A stretch of DNA of 43,694 nt from assembly GCA_051657185.1 (NCBI GenBank), contig JBOFKE010000113.1, positions 1-43,694 of the forward strand, read 5' to 3'. This document shows positions 1 through 8,148 of this stretch, in pieces (the first letter of the stretch is position 1; every line of letters begins with the position of its first letter). The position numbers and the translations under genes were made by a program. The stretch comes from Bacteroidales bacterium (GTDB taxonomy: Bacteria > Bacteroidota > Bacteroidia > Bacteroidales > UBA7332). The notes beneath the pieces were generated by a model, which saw nothing but the letters and a program-made list of their open reading frames with translations, searched no databases and was not told where the DNA came from.

Positions 1-1481
1 GAAAAATCATCAGGAGGAGCACCTGCTTGCGAATACAGATTAAATAAGTAAGGTTCTTTCCATGCTTCAACACTATTTCTGCTGATCCCGATTGGGATAT
101 CACCCTTAAGAATTACCCCTTTAGAATGTGCATAATTTCTTACACGCAACAATTGTCTATGCAGTTCGAACTGCACAAAATAGTAAAGCTGTATTTCTTT
201 ATACACAGGTGAATCCGGAGCAACAAGCTGATCTATTTCTTTTTGCTTATAAACGCTCATTTTCTTCCAGGTCATAAAGACAGGTGTATGAAAGATATCT
301 CTAAGATAAGAAAAAGCAGCATAACTTTCGAGCCATTCTTTATTTGATTCAAACCAAACCTTATACTCTTTCGAATCGGTAATCTGATTGCCCGACTCCT
401 TGAAAATCTGTTTTAAAAATGCCCATTTAAGTTCCGTAACACGATCATAGTCAACTTCAGCCAAAGCATTTAATTCGGGTTGAGTTCGTTTATATTCCAT
501 CGCCATTACCGGATCCTGAATTGGAGGTAATTGGGATAAGTCAATGTATGCAGGATGAAGTGCATAAATCGAATTTGCATTATACGGATACGAATCTACC
601 CAGGTATGTGTCATTGTCGTATCATTAATCGGCAAAATCTGAATAATGCTTTGATCTGTCAGCTTTACCCAATCAACAAACTTATACAGATCCCCAAAAT
701 CGCCTATTCCGAAACTAGAGTTACTTCTCAAAGAAAAAACAGGTATAGCTGTTCCCGCGTAACGCACATCTGGCGAATAATCCCGAAAGTCAGGAATATT
801 AATTACATAGCAATAATTTTTAAAACTGATATTACTCAGATTAATCACTCTATTTTCACCTTCTTCCCATTTATAAATAGCCCCTGATTCTTTGTTAATC
901 ATCACAAGTTTATACTCCGTTCCTGAAATAACTTTATCAAGATCAAGATCTAACGTCCAATAAGGAAAATGAGAATCGTCAAACTTCAAACTATCGGATA
1001 CTTGCCAATTTGCAAACAACGCACCATCTCCGACAATTGCAAGATCACATACAGGAGGTACAGTCGGAGCTGAAACAATAAATCGCAATACTCTATCTGC
1101 CTCTATACTGCCTACACTTCTGGTTTTACTTTTCCGTGCAAAAAAGCTATCTGTAAATGCAGACGAGAAAAATGGTTTGTTCACAGGGATATCAAGCCAT
1201 CTGTCTGAAATCACATAATTATCTTTATGAGCAACTTTTTCAAAATGATATTTCAACGATGTTTTTCGTACAATATCATCTCCTCTTTTCACAATATACT
1301 CATAAGAGAAGATCGAATTCTTTTTAGGAACTGCAACCTGAATCGTCCATGTACCATCTTTGACATAATTCATTTTCAAAGCTCGATCACAATTATCATT
1401 TCCTAAGGCATCCACATCACCAAGCAAAAAAAGCTCCTCACCGAAGGATGTATGATAATTTAATTCAAATTTGATTTTCAT
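1..1481 (-). CDS. malQ: 4-alpha-glucanotransferase (GH77 amylomaltase) with N-terminal CBM20-like starch-binding module; C-terminus runs off the window
   Basis: My own translation from ATG at 1481-1479 gives MKIKFELNYHTSFGEELFLLGDVDALGN (CBM20-like). It continues YAGTAIPVFSLRSNSSFGIGDFGDLYKFVDW...IQILPINDTT, the GH77 N-terminal signature. The frame stays open to position 1; it is absent from the ORF track because there is no stop in the window. Confidence 0.85.
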   Translation of the reverse strand, partial: MKIKFELNYHTSFGEELFLLGDVDALGNDNCDRALKMNYVKDGTWTIQVAVPKKNSIFSYEYIVKRGDDIVRKTSLKYHFEKVAHKDNYVISDRWLDIPVNKPFFSSAFTDSFFARKSKTRSVGSIEADRVLRFIVSAPTVPPVCDLAIVGDGALFANWQVSDSLKFDDSHFPYWTLDLDLDKVISGTEYKLVMINKESGAIYKWEEGENRVINLSNISFKNYCYVINIPDFRDYSPDVRYAGTAIPVFSLRSNSSFGIGDFGDLYKFVDWVKLTDQSIIQILPINDTTMTHTWVDSYPYNANSIYALHPAYIDLSQLPPIQDPVMAMEYKRTQPELNALAEVDYDRVTELKWAFLKQIFKESGNQITDSKEYKVWFESNKEWLESYAAFSYLRDIFHTPVFMTWKKMSVYKQKEIDQLVAPDSPVYKEIQLYYFVQFELHRQLLRVRNYAHSKGVILKGDIPIGISRNSVEAWKEPYLFNLYSQAGAPPDDF

Positions 1482-1491
1482 AATTAATAAA

Positions 1492-2841
1492 TTATTTCTG
1501 AGTATAAATTTTATATTCATACGGAGCCAGATTCAATCTTAGCTCTTTATTCAACGTTACGTTCTCAGACGTTCCAAACTCACTAAAAGAACCCTTCAAC
1601 TGTTCGTCTGAGACAAGAACCGTTTGTGGCTTATCCGATAGATTAAAAACAGCTATTACACTATTTCGACCTCTGATACGTTTAAAAGACAGTATGTTTT
1701 TAGGATTAGAATTCACAATTTCCTCAAAGGTTCCTCCATCTAATCCACTCCAAAGAGCAGGATTATCCTTTCTCAAAACATTCAAATGCTTATACATCGT
1801 TCCAAACTGGTTGGATGTATTCCAGTCAATACTATCTTTTTCAAAGAAAGCCAGCCTTCTGTTAAATCCTGTCTCTTGCCCATTATAAATTAGCGGCATC
1901 CCAGGAAGCAGATAAGTCAAAGCAGCAAATGTAGGCGCTGCAGCACCCATCCGCTCAAATTCAGTACCTGCCCACGAGTTTTCGTCATGATTAGACGTAA
2001 AAATCATTTGAATATCCTGTTTTGAAAACTCTTTATTCTTTTTATTATAAAAGCTCCAGATAGAATCAGCCGAAGCTTCTCCCTTTGCCAGTGAATTCAA
2101 CAAATGATGCAACTCCCATGCATAATTCATATTGAAAGCCTTTTTCATCAGATCCGAATTTTCAGATTCTGCTAACATAAAAATATTCGGATAATATTTT
2201 CGTAAACTATCCGAAGCCTCGTTCCAGAAATCAGTTGGTACCTCATGGGCCATATCAGCCCTGAAACCATCAATATGAACGCTATCCATCCAATATTTCA
2301 TGGATTGGATCATTTCATTTCTCATTTTCTCATTATCATAATTCAACTCGACAACATCAGACCAGTCATAAGGAGAGTACTTGTTACCCAAACTATCCAG
2401 TGAATACCATCCCTCATTGTTTATCCATTTCGCATCCCAGGAGGTATGATTTGCAACCCAATCCAATATAACTTTCATTCCTTGTTTATGCGCATCATCT
2501 ACAAGTTGCTTAAAGTCATCCATACTCCCAAACTCAGGATTTATGGCTGTGTAGTCCTGAATGGAGTAATAACTTCCCAGCGATCCTTTTCGATTTTTAC
2601 TCCCGATAGGTTGTACAGGCATAAACCAAAGAATATCAACACCCATCTCTTTCAAGCGGGGAAGCTGTTTCCGGACTTCCTCAAATGAACCGGAAGATGA
2701 AAATTGCCTTGTATTAATCTCATAAATAGTAGCATCATTCCACCAATCGATAGGTTTGACACTTACAGTATCAGTTGTTTTTTGATGACATGAAGCCAAA
2801 AGAAAAAAGCTACATAATAGTGTACTTATAATTTTATTCAT
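1492..2841 (-). CDS. GH13 alpha-amylase family lipoprotein
   Basis: 449 aa. Lipoprotein signal LLASC. GH13 conserved regions present: DILWFMPV, GFRADMAHEV, MLAESE, FTSNHDE. Confidence 0.9.
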   Translation of the reverse strand: MNKIISTLLCSFFLLASCHQKTTDTVSVKPIDWWNDATIYEINTRQFSSSGSFEEVRKQLPRLKEMGVDILWFMPVQPIGSKNRKGSLGSYYSIQDYTAINPEFGSMDDFKQLVDDAHKQGMKVILDWVANHTSWDAKWINNEGWYSLDSLGNKYSPYDWSDVVELNYDNEKMRNEMIQSMKYWMDSVHIDGFRADMAHEVPTDFWNEASDSLRKYYPNIFMLAESENSDLMKKAFNMNYAWELHHLLNSLAKGEASADSIWSFYNKKNKEFSKQDIQMIFTSNHDENSWAGTEFERMGAAAPTFAALTYLLPGMPLIYNGQETGFNRRLAFFEKDSIDWNTSNQFGTMYKHLNVLRKDNPALWSGLDGGTFEEIVNSNPKNILSFKRIRGRNSVIAVFNLSDKPQTVLVSDEQLKGSFSEFGTSENVTLNKELRLNLAPYEYKIYTQK

Positions 2842-2859
2842 ATCAAATGTATTCTATCA

Positions 2860-3855
2860 TTAATATATCTCTGATGTAACGATCTCAGAGCTATGTGGTT
2901 TCATAGTTATAACAATCCTTTTACCCGACTGTTTTATCGAATTACCTAAATGTGATTTTAAATTACCGATTTTGATATTTTCAGGAAGATCTATCTGAAA
3001 TACTTTATTGATCGGATAAGGATTAGTAACCAAAATAGATGTATTGTTCATATAAGTTTTCACGATGCCGAATAAATCATTATCGGAAAATTGAGCAACA
3101 CTTTGAGAAAAAGTCCATTCAGCTCTCTTTGCCTGCAATGAATCTGCGATTTGTTTATTGATATTTTTAAGGAAATGCGCCTCTCGCTTATAAATATCCG
3201 AACGCTGAAGATAATTTTGAAGTATATTTTTGCTATCGTAAGATGCTTCAGATGAAGATGTCAAAACCTTTCCTTTTCGAACAGGGATAAATAATTCATT
3301 TGAGAAACCATCTTGACCTAATGCAATAACCCGAATAATAGATTCCTCCATAGACTTTGAATTAACGGGAACAGGAAGGATAACATCTGAATCTTTGACA
3401 GACAATTTATCCACGGGAATTTGAACATTCTGCCAAAAGGCATACCATGAGAGATTTTTGTGATTAGATTGTATCGTTAATCTGCCAAAATCATCTATCG
3501 AAGGTACGATTAAGCAATTTTCATCACGCTTAACAGAAGACGGTAAAAGGAAAATATCAGCAAAAGCACCCTTTTTCCAAACATTCAGTACAACCGGTTT
3601 TCTGGCATCGAAATCAGTTAAAGCTACGCGGCTCCAATCGATCGTATCATTACTCACGCGAGCCATCCTTGAAGTAACTGAATCAACATTCTCTATATTG
3701 GGAAAGTATTGAGACAAATTAATCAGCCCTGACTCATTCAAACGGTTATCGGATATAGGATCGCTATATGCCTGCGATAAAATTTTTTGATAATCTAACT
3801 GCTTGGAACACCCGATAAACAAAAGGGTTGATAATAAAATTGTTATATTCTTCAT
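2860..3855 (-). CDS. Lipoprotein of unknown function inside the alpha-glucan operon
   Basis: 331 aa. Signal plus lipobox LLFIGCSK. Tight spacing to flanking GH13 genes. The C-terminal ~80 aa resemble the beta-sandwich C-domain of GH13 enzymes by eye. No catalytic motifs recognised. Confidence 0.7.
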   Translation of the reverse strand: MKNITILLSTLLFIGCSKQLDYQKILSQAYSDPISDNRLNESGLINLSQYFPNIENVDSVTSRMARVSNDTIDWSRVALTDFDARKPVVLNVWKKGAFADIFLLPSSVKRDENCLIVPSIDDFGRLTIQSNHKNLSWYAFWQNVQIPVDKLSVKDSDVILPVPVNSKSMEESIIRVIALGQDGFSNELFIPVRKGKVLTSSSEASYDSKNILQNYLQRSDIYKREAHFLKNINKQIADSLQAKRAEWTFSQSVAQFSDNDLFGIVKTYMNNTSILVTNPYPINKVFQIDLPENIKIGNLKSHLGNSIKQSGKRIVITMKPHSSEIVTSEIY

Positions 3856-3992
3856 GTATATATTGTATTTGGTCTTTTATCATGGTTATCTGATACAATT
3901 CAGCTACATAAAGCCTTCACTTTAAAAGGCTAGTATCAATCTGCGAAAGATACTAACCTTTTTTATAAATCAAATTTATTTCATAAAATAAA

Positions 3993-5840
3993 TTATCTAA
4001 GCTCTAAAATCAACACTTCCCTTGGAGACAAGTCCATCGTTTTTCCTAATTCACATACTTTCTGAGTCAAAATATCTTTACCGCTTTTAAAAGGAGACAG
4101 GACTTCTTGATAGCGTGTCATATCCAGATTCATTTCGGCATCCGTTCCATTCATAAGAACAAATACATTTTTCCCGTTATAAGAGCGTATATAGGCATAT
4201 ACCCCATTAGTCGGCATAAAATGCTTTAAGCTCCCTTTCGAAATAACTTCATTTCCTGCGCCTTTACGCCAATCCAATAAGATCTTCAGAAAATCGAAAG
4301 CTTCATTCTGTAAAGGTGTACGTCCTGCTGCCGTAAATGCAGAAATAGGATCGCCGGCCCAACCTCCGGGAAAATCCAACCGAATATCACCATCACTTTT
4401 TGCCTTTGTCCCATTCATCAGAATCTCTGTACCATAATAAATCTGAGGGATACCTCGCGTAGTCAGTAAAAAGGCAAGAGCTTGTTTATAGGAACCTAAA
4501 TTTGTAGGCATGGTACGTAAAAAACGATCCGTATCATGATTATCCAGGAATGTCAACACAGAGTTTGGTGATGGATACAGAAAATCCATTGCCAGTTTAT
4601 CATAAACCAAATTCAAGCCATTCCAGGCATCGGTATTTTCATGAAAAGCTTTTTCAACAACACCCTGCAATGGAAAATCCATAACAGTCTTTAGATTACT
4701 GTTAGCATTTTCATCAAGTCTGCTGTTTTTTTGCCACCAGGCAGCACCGCCCTCATTACCTAACCAACATTCACCAACAATATTGAAATTGGGATATTCT
4801 TCATTCATTTCCTTGCACCAATCAGACATCGGACCAAAAAATGCATACGGATGTGTATCCATTCGAATCCCATCAATTCCTGCGTACTCAATCCACCACT
4901 TACTGTTTTGAATTAAATATCTCATTAAATGAGGATTCTTTTGATTCAGGTCAGGCATAGATTCAACAAACCAACCTTCGTCCATCAATTTCTTATCATA
5001 AGTTGTGACATACGGATCAAAATGCGGAGTCAGACGATAAGACGTTTGCACATAATTATCCTGAAAATTGAACCAATCTTTTGTAGGCGGATTCAAATGC
5101 CATGGATGTTCACTACCACAATGGTTAAAGATCATATCCATTACCAACTTCATTCCCTTATCATGCGATTTTTGGATCAGTCTGACATAGTCCTCGTTAG
5201 TTCCGAGACGCGGGTCGACACGATAATAATCCGTAGTTGCATATCCATGATAGTCGCCTCCTTCCTGATCATTCTCCAGAACAGGATTAAGCCATATTGC
5301 TGTCACGCCCAGATTCTGAATATAATCCAAATGATTTTCGATACCTTTTAAATCTCCCCCATGTCTTCCATTCGGGAGATTACGATCGACCTGAACGGTA
5401 TGACGATTCATTTTATGATTATCATTCTTTGTATCTCCGTTTGAGAAACGGTCAGGCATAATAAGATAAAGAACATCTGATGCATCAAAACCAACGCGGT
5501 CTTCTGCACTAACTTTACGCTGATGCAGTACGTAATCGATTTTCTTCTTTTGCTTTCCTTGTTTCAAATCAATCTGAAAGTTACCTGGTTGTGCATCTTT
5601 CAAATCCACATATAAAAAAACATAGTCCTTATTATCTACCTTCACACAACTATCCACTTTTACATTGTTTCCCGAAACAGTAAAATCAGCTAAACCGACA
5701 TCTTTTCCAGAAATTGCAATCTGTAATTGTGAGTTCTTCATACCAGTCCACCAATGAGGCGGATCAACTTTCTCTACTTCGAAGGCCATTGCCGGGAGCA
5801 TAAGCGAGAATAATAAAACGGAAGTCAGATTTCTTTTCAT
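3993..5840 (-). CDS. GH13 neopullulanase/cyclomaltodextrinase-like enzyme (SusA-like), secreted
   Basis: 615 aa. N-terminal signal peptide. N-domain VEKVDPPHWWTGM. GH13 motifs GIDGIRMDTHPY, IVGECW, FLDNHDTDR. Confidence 0.87.
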   Translation of the reverse strand: MKRNLTSVLLFSLMLPAMAFEVEKVDPPHWWTGMKNSQLQIAISGKDVGLADFTVSGNNVKVDSCVKVDNKDYVFLYVDLKDAQPGNFQIDLKQGKQKKKIDYVLHQRKVSAEDRVGFDASDVLYLIMPDRFSNGDTKNDNHKMNRHTVQVDRNLPNGRHGGDLKGIENHLDYIQNLGVTAIWLNPVLENDQEGGDYHGYATTDYYRVDPRLGTNEDYVRLIQKSHDKGMKLVMDMIFNHCGSEHPWHLNPPTKDWFNFQDNYVQTSYRLTPHFDPYVTTYDKKLMDEGWFVESMPDLNQKNPHLMRYLIQNSKWWIEYAGIDGIRMDTHPYAFFGPMSDWCKEMNEEYPNFNIVGECWLGNEGGAAWWQKNSRLDENANSNLKTVMDFPLQGVVEKAFHENTDAWNGLNLVYDKLAMDFLYPSPNSVLTFLDNHDTDRFLRTMPTNLGSYKQALAFLLTTRGIPQIYYGTEILMNGTKAKSDGDIRLDFPGGWAGDPISAFTAAGRTPLQNEAFDFLKILLDWRKGAGNEVISKGSLKHFMPTNGVYAYIRSYNGKNVFVLMNGTDAEMNLDMTRYQEVLSPFKSGKDILTQKVCELGKTMDLSPREVLILELR

Positions 5841-7189
5841 GAGATTTTATTAGTTTTTATTTGATCATCTTTATCTTCAACGAATAATACACTAAATGCT
5901 GCTACAAATAAGCAAATTCCGGCAACGACCAATGAATAAACGGCTTCTGAATTATAAAAACGCTTAACGATCGGACCACCAATGATGCCATTGATAATTT
6001 GCGGAATGGTTATAAAAAAATTAAATATACCCATATAGATACCCATTTTTCTAGCAGGCAAAGATCCTGCTAAAATAGCATAAGGCATTGCCAGTATGCT
6101 ACCCCAGGCTATCCCGATTCCAATCATTGAAACAATTAACAAATCGGGATCTTTAATAAAATAAATCGAGATCAATCCAAAAGCGCCCGCACACAATGAA
6201 ACGGCATGAGTAGCACGGCGTCCGATTTTCTTAGCTATCGCAGGCAGCATCAATGCATAGATTGCAGATATACCATTATAAACTCCAAAAAGGATTCCGA
6301 CCCAATTTCCAGCATCCTGATATAGTTCCGAAGTAGTGTCGTTTGGAGCGACACCATATACATGTGTAGCAACAGCTGGTGTTGTGAAAACCCACATAGA
6401 AAAAAGGGCAAACCAGCTAAAAAACTGTACTACGCCCAACTGTAGCATTGCCTTCGGCATATGCATAAAATCTTTGATAATAGAACTAAGGCCTTTGTGC
6501 TCCTCGTCGGTATTAAAAGTATCATCCTCTTCATCAAATTCGCCGGGAGGATATTCTTTTGTTGAGATTACAGTCCATAGGATAGCAGCCATAAAGAAGG
6601 CAGCACCAACATAAAATGAGAATACCACATTATCAGGTACCTCTCCTGCCGGAGCTGTTTTAGATATCCCTAGCCATTCTGCCAGGATATATGGCAGCCA
6701 TGAGCCTATCACAGCTCCTATTCCAATTAAGAAAGTCTGAATAGAAAAACCTAATGTTCGCTGATCTGAAGGCAACAAATCAGCAACCAAAGCCCGGAAA
6801 GGTTCCATCGCAACATTAATAGAAGCATCCATAATCATTAACATCCCCGCTCCGATAAACATAGGAGGTATTGCTGATGCCATTACACCCGCATTAGGCA
6901 TTAAGATTAATGCGATACAAGCCAGAAAGGAGCCAATAAGAAAATACGGGCGCCTCCGACCTAACTTAGTCCAGGTACGATCACTATAATGCCCTATTAT
7001 AGGTTGAACTATCATACCTGTAAGAGGAGCAGCGATCCAAAACCAGGATAAGTGCTCAACATCAGCACCAAATGTTTGCAATATCCTACTTGCATTTGCA
7101 TTCTGTAAAGCAAATCCGAACTGAATCCCCAAGAATCCAAAGCTCATATTCCAGATTTGCCAAAAAGATAATTTCGGTTTCTGTTTCAT
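5837..7189 (-). CDS. MFS (GPH/SLC45-like) sugar:cation symporter, probable maltose/maltodextrin importer
   Basis: 450 aa, about 12 TM segments, RRRPYFL motif typical of the sucrose/maltose symporter group. Its stop overlaps the next start (ATGA at 5837-5840). Confidence 0.85.
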   Translation of the reverse strand: MKQKPKLSFWQIWNMSFGFLGIQFGFALQNANASRILQTFGADVEHLSWFWIAAPLTGMIVQPIIGHYSDRTWTKLGRRRPYFLIGSFLACIALILMPNAGVMASAIPPMFIGAGMLMIMDASINVAMEPFRALVADLLPSDQRTLGFSIQTFLIGIGAVIGSWLPYILAEWLGISKTAPAGEVPDNVVFSFYVGAAFFMAAILWTVISTKEYPPGEFDEEDDTFNTDEEHKGLSSIIKDFMHMPKAMLQLGVVQFFSWFALFSMWVFTTPAVATHVYGVAPNDTTSELYQDAGNWVGILFGVYNGISAIYALMLPAIAKKIGRRATHAVSLCAGAFGLISIYFIKDPDLLIVSMIGIGIAWGSILAMPYAILAGSLPARKMGIYMGIFNFFITIPQIINGIIGGPIVKRFYNSEAVYSLVVAGICLFVAAFSVLFVEDKDDQIKTNKIS

Positions 7190-7672
7190 GGAATTATTCC
7201 GTGTTTAATTTTATATTGCTTGAAGATAGGTTGCAGATGTATATGAAATAAACAGAATCTGACGAAATGCAGAAATATAAGGATTAATTATATGATAATT
7301 CAATCTAAATAGAACCTTAATATTGATTTCAAACATTACAACTTACCTAATTAATCTATGTAATTAGACAATCTGGTATTCACAAAGGTTCAAATTAGGT
7401 AAGGATATAAACTATTTTAATCTTCGTATTTATGATAAAGAAAAATAGGACTGCAAAGGAGTAACTTAGACAATTCATCCAGAAACATAAACGCATTGGA
7501 ATTAGGAGCAATTATCATACAAACAAATAAGAATATTCAAAAAGTAAGCAAAATACCGACTACACTATCTTTATGCCACATTTTTAAGCTCACAGATTTT
7601 AATCAAAGAATAGGCATAAATGAACAGAAGTAAAGGTCAAAATGGGGAGATGAAGGAATTATTCTAAAAGGA

Positions 7673-7747
7673 ACGGCATATTTTTTTGACAACAAACCGT
7701 ATTTTTAAATTTATACGGTGTATCTTGAAATTTTAACGGTATGTTTT
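7673..7747. repeat. B-box cluster, locus 1 (ACGGYRTAT boxes at 7673, 7715 and 7736; weak inverted copy at 7696-7702)
   Basis: Read directly. acggtgtatctt at 7715-7726 is the same exact 12-mer as at 43019 and 43061. Box starts are spaced 42 and 21 bp. Confidence 0.8.
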
Positions 7748-7777
7748 CAAATTTTCCTCCTTTGTTTTTTCAAGTAT

Positions 7778-7813
7778 ATACGTATCAAAATCCAATGAGA
7801 TACGTATCAAAAT
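7778..7813. repeat. A-box cluster, locus 1 (two ATACGTAT cores, 22 bp apart)
   Basis: Cores at 7778-7785 and 7800-7807. The exact 12-mer acgtatcaaaat occurs at 7780-7791 and 7802-7813 and again at 42911-42922. GATACGTATC at 7799-7808 is a 10-bp palindrome. Confidence 0.85.
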
Positions 7814-8055
7814 ATAAAATTGAAGTTTTAAAAAACAGAAAACAGGCTTAGATCCTCATTTACTGCTAGTTGCACTAATCAGGTTTCTTAATCATATTCT
7901 CCACAAAAAGTACGGAGGACAAAAAGAACGCATTGTGAAGGATTAGGAAAATACAAAAAGATAGTATAATGTTCGATCTTGCGAAATTTTGTCAGTATCA
8001 CAATATGTAATCGAATAATTAGAAGGGATACAGAAACAACGGAACAGCGCAACAA

Positions 8056-8097
8056 AGCAAAAAAAGCTAAGAATGTCCGTAAACAATCTTAGCTTTT
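8056..8097 (-). terminator. Intrinsic terminator of purF
   Basis: 11-bp stem aaaagctaaga (8062-8072) pairs with tcttagctttt (8087-8097), followed on the minus strand by a 7-T run. Confidence 0.7.
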
Positions 8098-8148
8098 ATC
8101 AGGATGAGACTCTCTAAGAGAGAAGTCTATATTATCTGTGAAAACATA

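Noticed and set aside
555-887. 110-aa plus-strand ORF
   Set aside because: It lies antisense inside the malQ (GH77) coding region and its sequence is low-complexity (I/R/N-rich). The minus-strand frame has clear GH77 motifs.
7741-7851. 36-aa ORF (MFSNFPPLFFQVYTYQNPMRYVSKYKIEVLKNRKQA) in the gap
   Set aside because: It reads straight through the two A boxes. Its similarity to the 42782 ORF peptide (TYQN) is a by-product of the shared DNA motif.
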